Source: Flavobacteriales bacterium
Lineage (GTDB): Bacteria; Bacteroidota; Bacteroidia; Flavobacteriales_F; PHOS-HE28
Length of the DNA: 42,914 bases
Direction of reading: 5' to 3'
NCBI GenBank assembly: GCA_041691695.1
Contig: JBEPUG010000005.1
Location: 1 to 42,914 of the forward strand
The notes below the pieces were generated by a model. The model was not told the origin of the DNA and searched no databases. It saw only the letters and a program-made list of their open reading frames with translations. This document shows positions 10,080 to 19,400 of the stretch, one piece after another; the stretch's first letter is position 1; every line of letters begins with the position of its first letter. Position numbers and translations under genes: made by a program.

Positions 10080-10955
10080 CTAACGGGACTGCTCCAAGAT
10101 CCGGAAGTCATCCTTGATGAAGCCCATCTTCTTGTCGAAAAGTGCGGCCTCATCGCGCTGGTACATCAGTTCACCCGTTGCTGCGTTGAAGACGCGACGG
10201 AAGCACCACTTCGTTTTGTAGTCCCCGGTGATCACCACGTCGGCGATGGCCACGTTCGTCTGGCCTTTCGTTGCGGCCGCCATTTCTCCCGCGTAGTCCA
10301 TCAGCTTCACCTCATGCGTGTACGTCTCCTTGATGGATGCGAGGTTCGGCAGGCTCTTGTCCAACTGCTCCTTCGCCACCCAGAGTTCCATATCCTTCAC
10401 CAAGCGGTTGCGGCTGGCATAGAGCCGATCCGCCGTGGCCTTGTCCTTGATCGTGCCTGCATCCACCTGTTTCAGATAATCCTGCAGGGTCTTCACATAG
10501 ATGTTCAGCATTGCGCCACCATCTCCGGAAAGCATCTTGGGATCGATCATGATGGAGGCCAACTCCTGTTCCGAAGGCACGTTCGTCACCGCGTTATCCT
10601 CCACTTTCAGCGTCTCTCCTTTCTTCATTTTCCAGCCCTGGACCAGCGCAAGGAATGTAGCATCGTGCTTCTCCGGATCGCTCTTGCGCAGCTTCATCAG
10701 GTAGGTCTTCGTGGGATCGAGCGGCGTTTTGGCCAGATCGGTGATGACCATGCTGAAGTCCGGGTCCGAAGTGAATTTCCAGTTGGCCTTCGCGGCGTTC
10801 AGCATCGCCCTGTTGTAGGTCGGGTTACCGTCGTCCTGCACGATCATCGTGGTGCTGGCCTTGGCGGCGGTTACGGCCTTTTTATCGAATGTGCCATACT
10901 GGGCGCTAGCGGCGGAAGCAATAGCGACGGCGGCAAGAAGGAGGGTGTTGCGCAT
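10080..10955 (-). CDS. Hypothetical secreted Lys-rich protein (291 aa)
   Basis: SPI signal peptide MRNTLLLAAVAIASAASA/Q; strong host-type codon usage; TAATTTCG box on the - strand at 11021-11028. Confidence 0.8.
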   Translation of the reverse strand: MRNTLLLAAVAIASAASAQYGTFDKKAVTAAKASTTMIVQDDGNPTYNRAMLNAAKANWKFTSDPDFSMVITDLAKTPLDPTKTYLMKLRKSDPEKHDATFLALVQGWKMKKGETLKVEDNAVTNVPSEQELASIMIDPKMLSGDGGAMLNIYVKTLQDYLKQVDAGTIKDKATADRLYASRNRLVKDMELWVAKEQLDKSLPNLASIKETYTHEVKLMDYAGEMAAATKGQTNVAIADVVITGDYKTKWCFRRVFNAATGELMYQRDEAALFDKKMGFIKDDFRILEQSR

Positions 10956-11068
10956 GAGCTAGTGTAGTGTCAACCATCGGGTTGACATATGAGAGGGTTC
11001 AATGATCGGACCGGCGACGGCGAAATTAGTGCCAACCTCTTCGCACCTTTGTTGAATGGGCTGTCGGG

Positions 11069-11443
11069 ATGAACGGTGAATTGTCAAAAAAGGGTGCAGG
11101 GGATCCAGGCGCATGGGGTCTGCGTAAGCGGTTGGATGAGGCCATTGTACTGCTCGAGACCGTGCAGCAATTGCGTAAGGACCTGCGCGAGGAGGATCTG
11201 CATATTCCGAAGACCGGCCCCGATGCCTTTGAGGAATTGCGTGCTCAGGTGTTGATCACGATCGAGGAAAGGGAGCGACAAGGCGCGCATGCGTTCGGAC
11301 TTGTGGTGAATCGCGTGGACCTCACTGAGCATCAAATGCGTTCGGCCACGGCGGCTGGCGGCATGCACGGATTGGCAGGGGCTATTGTATTGCGTTGCCT
11401 GCAGAAGGTGCTCAGCCGGAAGCGCTTCGCTGGGCTGGGCTGA
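11069..11443 (+). CDS. Conserved hypothetical protein (124 aa)
   Basis: QQL.KD...NRVDL.E...VLR.LQKV..RK.F resembles a small Bacteroidota protein family; CACCTTTG box at 11044-11051. Confidence 0.7.
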   Translation: MNGELSKKGAGDPGAWGLRKRLDEAIVLLETVQQLRKDLREEDLHIPKTGPDAFEELRAQVLITIEERERQGAHAFGLVVNRVDLTEHQMRSATAAGGMHGLAGAIVLRCLQKVLSRKRFAGLG

Positions 11444-11510
11444 CCATCTGAAGGAGATCCTTGTCTGAACCCGGGCGACGATCCATCGTATCGAGGCGGG
11501 GAACCGTGTC

Positions 11511-11518
11511 TACCTTTG
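11511..11518 (+). promoter_or_regulatory. Consensus Bacteroidota -7 promoter box (TACCTTTG) for sucAB
   Basis: Exact TAnnTTTG, 39 nt upstream of ATG 11557. Confidence 0.7.
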
Positions 11519-11556
11519 CAGCACGCCCCGATAGCACCGGGGCCTTTCGCCCAGTA

Positions 11557-14370
11557 ATGGACAAAAACACCTACCTCAGCAACGTCGATCCAGCGGCACT
11601 GGATGGCATCTATCAGCAGTACAAAAAGGACCCCTCCTCCGTTTCTTCGGACTGGGCGCGTTTCTTCGAGGGCTTTGACCTTGCTCGTACCAGCTACTCC
11701 GAACTGCCCGGAGTGTCCCCCGCGAATTCGGATTGCGGTCCGAGCAATGAGGTGGTGGCGAAGGAGTTCAAGGTGATCTCCTTGATCAATGCCTATCGCG
11801 AACGGGGCCATCTTTTTACGCGCACCAATCCTGTACGCGAGCGGCGCACCTACACGCCCACGCTGGACCTGTCGAACTTCGGGCTTTCCGATGCTGATCT
11901 GGGCACATCCTTCGATGCGGGTTCCGAACTGGGGATCGGCAAGGCCACATTGGCAACGATCCTCGACCACTTGAAGACCACCTATTGCCAGAGCATCGGC
12001 GTGGAGTACAAGCACATCCGACGGGTCGACCGCGTGCAGTGGCTGCAGGAACGGATGGAGAAGGACCAGAACACGCCGTCGTTCTCCTTGGATGAGAAGA
12101 AGGAGATCCTGCGCAAATTGGATCAGGCTGTGGTCTTCGAACGCTTCCTCGGCAAGAAGTTTATCGGCCAGAAGCGCTTTAGTCTGGAAGGGGGTGAAAC
12201 GCTGATCCCCGCGCTGGACATGGTGATCGAACATGGCTCCGAAGCGCATGGCATTAAGGAAGTGGTGATCGGCATGGCCCACCGCGGCCGCCTGAACGTA
12301 TTGGCCAACACCTTCAATAAGACCTACGATTCCATCTTCGCGGACTTTGAAGGACGCGACTTCGCCGACAGTTTCGTGGAAGGCGACGTGAAGTACCACA
12401 TGGGCTTCAACAGTGCGATCGTCACCAACGCAGGCAAAGGTGTCAACTTGATCCTTTCGCCCAATCCGAGCCACTTGGAAAGTGTGGGGCCGGTGATGCA
12501 AGGCATCTCACGGGCGCTGATCGAGAAGGACCACGACTTCAAGCCCGACACCTTGTGCCCGGTCATCATTCACGGCGATGCCGCCATCGCCGGCCAAGGT
12601 GTTGTGTATGAATTGATCCAGATGGCGCGGCTGAAGCCGTACAGCACCGGCGGAACGATGCATATCGTGGTGAACAATCAAGTGGGTTTCACCACCAACT
12701 ACATTGATGGGCGCAGTAGCACGTACTGCACGGACGTGGCCAAGGTCACGCAATGCCCGGTATTTCACGTGAACGACGATGACGCGGAGGCGGTCTGCCA
12801 TGTGATGAAGCTTGCGCTCGATTTCCGACAGGAGTTCCATAGCGATGTCTTTATCGACCTGTTGGGCTACCGCAGGCATGGGCACAACGAGGGTGACGAG
12901 CCGAAATTCACCCAGCCGATCCTATACAAGGCCATCGCCGCGCACAAGGACCCGCGCACCATTTACAGTGAAAAACTACAGGCCAGTGGCGCCATTGAGG
13001 CCAGCTTGGCGGAGGAGATGGAAGAGCGCTTCAACACCATGCTACAAGAGCGCCTTACCGAATCGAAGGAGTTGTCCAAAGCGGTCGTCACCTCCTTTCT
13101 CGCTGGTCGGTGGATGGGCTACCAACGCGCCTCCGATGCGGACCTTGAACGTTCCCCGGAGACCGGCGTGAAGAAGGAATTGCTGCTGGTTATCGCAGCC
13201 AAGCTGGCGGAGGTTCCCGCCGGGAAGAAGTTCTTCAACAAGTTGGAACGCATCCTGCACGAACGGGCCACGATGGTGAAGGAGGACCGGCTTGACTGGA
13301 GCATGGGTGAACTGCTCGCATACGGTTCCTTGCTCTGCGAAGGGCACAGTGTGCGACTCACCGGGCAGGACGTGGAACGCGGCACGTTCAGCCATCGCCA
13401 CGCTGTGGTGAAGGTGGAGGACAGCGAGGAGGAATACATCCACCTGAAGCACCTGCAGGAAGGCCAAGCATTGCTGCAGATCTACAATTCGCCACTGAAC
13501 GAATACGCGGTCCTGGGCTATGAATACGGCTATGGCTTCGCGACACCTGCGGGTCTTACACTATGGGAAGCGCAGTTCGGCGATTTCGTGAACGGCGCCC
13601 AGATCATCATCGACCAATACATCAGCGCGGCCGAGGAGAAGTGGAACGCGATGAACGGCCTTGTGATGCTTTTGCCACACGGCTATGAAGGTCAAGGTGC
13701 GGAACATAGCAGCGCGCGAATGGAGCGTTTTCTGCAACAGTGCGCGGACGCGAACATGATCCTTGCGAATCCAACGACACCGGCGAACTTCTTCCATTTG
13801 CTGCGGCGCCAACTCGCTTGGAAATTCCGCAAGCCGTTGGTGGTCTTCACGCCAAAGAGCCTGCTTCGCCATCCGAAGTGTGTGAGCACAATGGATGAGT
13901 TGGCCAATGGCAGCTTCCAAGAGGTGTATGACGATGCCGTCGCGGATCCGAAGAAGGTGAAGACCTTGATCCTCTGCCAAGGCAAGCTATACTATGAGCT
14001 TCTGGAGCGGAAGGAGGAATTGGCCGTAGAGGACGTGGCGATCGTGCGCATCGAGCAGCTGAATCCGTTGCCCGTGCCCCAGTTGACGAAGATCTTTGCG
14101 CGTTACGCCCATGCGGAGCAAGTGCGTTGGGTGCAGGAAGAACCAGAGAACATGGGCGCGTGGCCCTATATGTTCCGGCATTTGCCTTCAGTTCCTGGCG
14201 CTCCGTCGGTCGAAGCGCTGCATCACATCTCCCGCCCGGCCAGCGGAGCCCCAGCAACTGGCAGCGGCGTGCGGAGCGCAGTGCAGCAGAAGCGGATCAT
14301 TGAAGAAGCTTTTACCGCTCGTTCCACTGCGCAGCCATCGAAAAAGAAAACGGCCAAAGTGCGTTCGTGA
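11557..14370 (+). CDS. sucA: 2-oxoglutarate dehydrogenase E1 component
   Basis: KRFSLEGGE, GMAHRGRLN, GDVKYH, HGDAA..GQG TPP motif, WEAQFGDF.NGAQ, QEEPENMG. Start placed at MDKNTYLSN, after the promoter box. Confidence 0.97.
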   Translation: MDKNTYLSNVDPAALDGIYQQYKKDPSSVSSDWARFFEGFDLARTSYSELPGVSPANSDCGPSNEVVAKEFKVISLINAYRERGHLFTRTNPVRERRTYTPTLDLSNFGLSDADLGTSFDAGSELGIGKATLATILDHLKTTYCQSIGVEYKHIRRVDRVQWLQERMEKDQNTPSFSLDEKKEILRKLDQAVVFERFLGKKFIGQKRFSLEGGETLIPALDMVIEHGSEAHGIKEVVIGMAHRGRLNVLANTFNKTYDSIFADFEGRDFADSFVEGDVKYHMGFNSAIVTNAGKGVNLILSPNPSHLESVGPVMQGISRALIEKDHDFKPDTLCPVIIHGDAAIAGQGVVYELIQMARLKPYSTGGTMHIVVNNQVGFTTNYIDGRSSTYCTDVAKVTQCPVFHVNDDDAEAVCHVMKLALDFRQEFHSDVFIDLLGYRRHGHNEGDEPKFTQPILYKAIAAHKDPRTIYSEKLQASGAIEASLAEEMEERFNTMLQERLTESKELSKAVVTSFLAGRWMGYQRASDADLERSPETGVKKELLLVIAAKLAEVPAGKKFFNKLERILHERATMVKEDRLDWSMGELLAYGSLLCEGHSVRLTGQDVERGTFSHRHAVVKVEDSEEEYIHLKHLQEGQALLQIYNSPLNEYAVLGYEYGYGFATPAGLTLWEAQFGDFVNGAQIIIDQYISAAEEKWNAMNGLVMLLPHGYEGQGAEHSSARMERFLQQCADANMILANPTTPANFFHLLRRQLAWKFRKPLVVFTPKSLLRHPKCVSTMDELANGSFQEVYDDAVADPKKVKTLILCQGKLYYELLERKEELAVEDVAIVRIEQLNPLPVPQLTKIFARYAHAEQVRWVQEEPENMGAWPYMFRHLPSVPGAPSVEALHHISRPASGAPATGSGVRSAVQQKRIIEEAFTARSTAQPSKKKTAKVRS

Positions 14371-14474
14371 TGTGGACCAGTTGTCCGTTCAGTAGTGTCA
14401 GTTGTTAGGCGTTGCGCGCCATAGGCGAATCACGAATCACAGTCACAGTCACCAGCTACCGATCATCAGCATTC

Positions 14475-15737
14475 ATGGCAAACATCGAAGTCAAGGTCCC
14501 CAGTCCCGGCGAAAGCATCAGTGAGGTACGCATAGCCCAGTGGTTGGTGGCTGATGGCGATGTGGTGAAGAAGGACCAGGTGATAGCGGAGATCGACAGC
14601 GACAAGGCGACCTTGGAGCTGAGTGCGGAGGAAGGCGGCAAGATCAGTCTACTCGCCAAGGCCGACGAAACGGTGAACGTGGGCGATGTGGTAGCGAAGA
14701 TCGATACGAGCGTGAAACCTGCCAAGGAGGAGATGAAGGAGGAGAAGGAGGAGAAAAAGGAGGTAAATGAAGAAAAGGTGCCGACGAAGGATGCCGGAAC
14801 CCGTAGCGTCGACCCATCTGGTCCAGCTGCTACAGAGACCGCCGCCCACGCTACGCCGGTCGCTAAGGCCGTTATGGCGGAAAAAGGCATCGCGAGTGAC
14901 AAGGTGAAAGGCACCGGGCCCAACGGACGCATCACACGTGGTGATGTCGACGCCTATATCGCCGGAGGCATATCCGCGCCTACGTTGATGAACGGCTGGG
15001 GTGGAGGTCGCGAAAGCAACCGTGCCAAGATGAGCACGCTACGCAAGAAGGTGGGCGAACGCTTGGTCAGCGTGAAGAACGAGACGGCCATGCTCACCAC
15101 ATTCAATGAGGTGGATATGAGCGCGGTGATGGCCGTGCGGAATCAGTATAAGGACAAGTTCAAGGAGAAGTACGGCGTAGGCCTCGGCTTCATGTCGTTC
15201 TTCACGAAGGCCGTCACTGAGGCACTGCGGCTTTTCCCCAATGTGAATGCACAGTTGGATGGCGAGGAGATCGTAAGTTTCAACTACGCGGACATAGGCG
15301 TCGCGGTGAGCTCGCCCAAGGGACTGATGGTACCTGTTATCCGGAACGCCGAGCAAATGAGCTTGGCCGAGATCGAAGCAGCGATCAAAGAACTTGCGAT
15401 CAAGGCACGCGATGGCAAGTTGAGCCTTGCGGAGATGACAGGCGGCACCTTCACCATCACCAACGGCGGTGTCTTCGGCAGCATGCTCAGCACGCCGATC
15501 ATCAATCCACCGCAGAGTGCCATCCTCGGCATGCACAACATTGTGGAGCGCCCTGTTGCCGTGAATGGCCAAGTGGTGATCCGCCCGGTGATGTATGTGG
15601 CGCTGAGCTACGACCACCGCGTGATCGACGGAAAGGAGAGCGTGAGCTTTCTCTTCAAGGTGAAGGAGATGCTGGAAGATCCCGCCAAGATGGTGCTGGG
15701 CGGAAAGGATCCCGGGGCTGTGCTGGCTGGGCTTTAG
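14475..15737 (+). CDS. sucB: Dihydrolipoyllysine-residue succinyltransferase (E2)
   Basis: Lipoyl domain PSPGESISE...EIDSDKAT; E3-binding [13 protein letters not shown]; catalytic [10 protein letters not shown]. Confidence 0.97.
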   Translation: MANIEVKVPSPGESISEVRIAQWLVADGDVVKKDQVIAEIDSDKATLELSAEEGGKISLLAKADETVNVGDVVAKIDTSVKPAKEEMKEEKEEKKEVNEEKVPTKDAGTRSVDPSGPAATETAAHATPVAKAVMAEKGIASDKVKGTGPNGRITRGDVDAYIAGGISAPTLMNGWGGGRESNRAKMSTLRKKVGERLVSVKNETAMLTTFNEVDMSAVMAVRNQYKDKFKEKYGVGLGFMSFFTKAVTEALRLFPNVNAQLDGEEIVSFNYADIGVAVSSPKGLMVPVIRNAEQMSLAEIEAAIKELAIKARDGKLSLAEMTGGTFTITNGGVFGSMLSTPIINPPQSAILGMHNIVERPVAVNGQVVIRPVMYVALSYDHRVIDGKESVSFLFKVKEMLEDPAKMVLGGKDPGAVLAGL

Positions 15738-15806
15738 AGTCAGCTTATTGAATAGCTTGATCCAAGTTGGGGTCGGCTGATCCTTCCCGACAAGTAACTT
15801 GGATCC

Positions 15807-16151
15807 ATGCTACGCACTTGCTCCCTCGTATTCCTACTATTTGTTTTGACCCCTGCAGCGGTGCGTGCTCAAAACACCACCCACATTTCCGGCTGGGAAG
15901 TGGTGCCTGACAGCCTCTTCCTCATCTGGCATATCGATCAGGACCAGGTCAAGCGGCTTCATGTGATCGAGGAGGATTATGATACCGAACGCCAACACGT
16001 TGCTGCGAGTGCAAGAACGGATGCTGAAAAAGAGGCGCGCTTGCAGAAGCTGTGTGCATCCCGACTCAATGAGATAAAAGGAGTATTGGGCGCGGACCAC
16101 TTTTCTGACTGGCAACGACGGATCGAGTTGGCTGGGTCGAACGGCCACTGA
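15807..16151 (+). CDS. Hypothetical small secreted helical protein
   Basis: SPI signal peptide (..PAAVRA/Q); charged helical body ending IKGVLGADHF.DW. Confidence 0.65.
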   Translation: MLRTCSLVFLLFVLTPAAVRAQNTTHISGWEVVPDSLFLIWHIDQDQVKRLHVIEEDYDTERQHVAASARTDAEKEARLQKLCASRLNEIKGVLGADHFSDWQRRIELAGSNGH

Positions 16152-16236
16152 CCTGAGAAAGGACCGTCGAAGAGTATCGCCTATGGGTCCAATACTGGAG
16201 GAGGGGTTTTCGTCGGCACAAGCCCGGTGTCGGGCA

Positions 16237-16303
16237 AACAAATATTTGTTAACAAGTACGGTACTACTTGGCCCTCACGAAGGAATAGTGGCGGCTATGT
16301 TTG
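16237..16303 (+). promoter_or_regulatory. Adhesin operon promoter (TATGTTTG at 16296-16303) with upstream palindromes
   Basis: Exact TAnnTTTG; overlapping palindromes AACAAATATTTGTT (16237-16250) and TTGTTAACAA (16246-16255). Confidence 0.55.
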
Positions 16304-16451
16304 ACCGGTAGCTGCAGAAGATCGCCGTGTTGGAGTGTTCGGGAATGGTCGCCAACAACGGCTCCATTCCGCACACGATGACCCACCTAGGTCCGCAGCA
16401 ATGGTGCTACAGATATTACTGGCATCAGGCTACGGAACAACACGGAGGCCC

Positions 16452-19400
16452 ATGACAGGACATCGACGCGACCTCGGCATTATCGCACTGAAATGGAACA
16501 GTGCAAAACGCCCCCTTCTCGCGCTGCTGCGCAATCTTGCCGTGGCCATGGCTGCTGTGTTGTGCTTCCAAGGGGAGGCACATGCGACGCACGCCTTGGG
16601 CGGAGACCTGAGTTATAGTTGCCTCGGGAACCATCGCTACTTGGTGACCCTCAACTTCTATCGTGATTGCAATGGGGTGGCGGCGCCCACGAATTGCAAC
16701 AATGGGTTGGAATTCACGGTGCGCTCCAATTCGTGCAATGCGAATTTCACCCAATGCTTCGGAAGCAGCCCCACCGTGCAGATCATAACCCCGATCTGCG
16801 CCTCCGAGATCGACAGGTGTGTAAGCGCTACTGGGACCTACGGTGTGGAACGCTATACCTATACGAAGATCATCGACCTATCAGCCTACGCTGCTTGCGG
16901 GGGCACGGATTGGGAGATCTATTGGACGCTCTGCTGCCGCAACAACGCGATCACCTCCTTGCAGAACCCGGGGAACCAGAACCTTTATCTGAACGCGAAG
17001 CTGAACGACGCGCCGGGCATCTGCAATAGCACACCCACCTTCACGAATTCACCTTCCGCTTTCTTCTGCTTGGGCGAGCCCATTAGTTACAACCCTGGCG
17101 CTGTGGACCCCGATGGAGATTCGCTGGTCTATGCACTGATCCCTGCGCGCACCTATCCCGGTACGGCCATCCCTTATCAGCCCGGCTACTCTGCCACACA
17201 ACCGATCAAGAACAGCGGCGGGGCGAATGCGGTCATCTTGAATGCGCAGACGGGAACGATCACGGTGACGCCCAGTGTACTGCAAGTGGCCGTGGTCTGC
17301 TATCAGGTCACCGAATACCGGAACGGCGTGATGGTCGGCCAGACATCACGCGATGTCCAAGTGGTGGTACGCCCGTGCTTGGGCAACTCCGCGCCTACGG
17401 CATCGGGCATCAACGGAACAGGCACATACACCCTGCAGGTCTGCGCGGGAACACCGGTGTCCTTCAACGTGAATTCCAATGATGTGAATGCTGGGCAGAC
17501 GGTGACGATGAGTTGGAACGCGGGCATTCCGACCGCCAACTTCAACATTTCAGGTTCACCTTTTCCCACGGGCACGTTCACTTGGACCCCGACGGATGCG
17601 AACATCGGGAACAACACCTTCACGGTGCATGTGCAGGACAATGGCTGCCCCTTGGTCGGAGCCAACGATTTCGGGTTCTCCATCCAAGTGACGCCACCGT
17701 TGACCGCTGCCGATGCGGGGCCTGACCAATCTGTGTGTAGCACCAGCGCAACGTTGGCAGGCGTGCTTCCCTATCCGGGCTTGCAAGGCACGTGGACCGT
17801 GGTGAGTGGAAGCGGCAGCTTCGCCAACCTTCACTCCGCGAACTCCACGGTGTCCGGGCTTTCCATCGGGCCGAACGTATTCCAATGGACCGTCGACTAC
17901 CAGACCTGTGGTACGCAGACGGACCAGGTGACGGTGACGCGTTTCAATTCCGCACAAGCAGCGGCAGCAGCAGGACCCGATCAGGAATTCTGCCAACCTT
18001 CAAATTCAGCGACACTTGCGGGAAACCCTGCTGTATCGCCAGCAGTGGGGACATGGACCTTGGTGAACGGAGCGGGGTCGATCACCGCACTGAATTCGCC
18101 CACAACCTCGGTCACTGGATTGGCAGTGGGCTTGAACCGGTTCCGCTGGACCATCAATAACGGTCCGTGCGGGACACCTACCCAGGATGAGGTGGTGATT
18201 ACGATCTATAGCAATACGCAGCCTGTGGCCAACGCAGGTCCGGATATTTCCATCTGCTCGCCGACCTCATCGGTGACCATGAACGGGAATGTCGTTACCG
18301 CACCTGCCACCGGCACATGGTCCGTGATAAGCGGCACGGGAACGATCACTTCGCCGAACAGCCGTAACACCACCATTACTGGGCTTCCTGTCGGCGTAAA
18401 CGTGTTCCGGTGGTCCATCAATAATGGGCCCTGCACCCCGGCGATCACCACGGATGATGTGACCGTGACCGTCTATTCCGGAAGTAGTTTGAATGCCAAC
18501 GCTGGCGCGGACCAAGAGGTCTGCACACCGGGTAACGTGACCTTGGTCGGGAGCACACCGACCTTTCCAGCAACGGGTGCGTGGACCGTTGTGAGCGGAT
18601 CGGGCACCATCACCACGCCGACCGCTGCCACCACCACGATCAGCGGCCTGAGCATCGGGACGAACGTGTTTCAATGGACGGTGAACAACGGCCCCTGTTC
18701 GAACGGTGTCACTTCGGACCAAGTAACCGTGACGGCTTACGATCATACGGTCGCGGGATCCAATGCAGGCCCGGATCAATCCCTTTGCACGCCTGGCACC
18801 ACAACGACGATGGCCGCCAATGCACCGGCCACTCCCGCACAAGGAACCTGGTCACTGATCAGCGGCAGCGGTGCCATCACCGATATCCACAGCGCCACCA
18901 GCACGATCACTGGATTGGCCATCGGCGAGAACGTCTTCCGTTGGGATGTGAGCAATGGACCATGCCCGGTGAATCCACCGAACGACCTGGTGTCGATCTT
19001 CCTCTATGACGTGAATGCGCCTGTCGCACAAGCAGGACCGGACCAGCAACTCTGTACGCCCGCACTTTCCACGAACCTTGCGGGCAACGCGGCGACGGCG
19101 CCCGGTATCGGAACGTGGACGGTGCTTGCCGGAACAGGAATTTTTGCGAATTCGCATAACCCAACTACGGTCGTAAGTGGACTCAGCGTTGGAACGAACA
19201 CCTTACGCTGGACCCTCACCAACGGTCCTTGCGCGAATCCCGTGACACAGGATGATGTGACGATCATCGTGTTCAACGTCGCGAACGCTGTGGCGAACGC
19301 AGGACCCGATCAGGCGTTGTGTCGCCCCACCACTTCGACAACCTTATCGGGTAGTGCGCTCAGTGCGCCGGCCACTGGCCAGTGGACCCTGGTGAGCGGC

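Noticed and set aside
11461-11556. N-terminal extensions in the ORF track (sucA, sucB, MMPL, GT2, SDR, LuxE-like, DUF4139, desaturase, RRM)
   Set aside because: They run through promoter boxes or neighbouring genes; family homology starts at later ATGs.
14722-14780. Purine-rich KEE repeat in sucB
   Set aside because: Ordinary flexible linker of E2 subunits.
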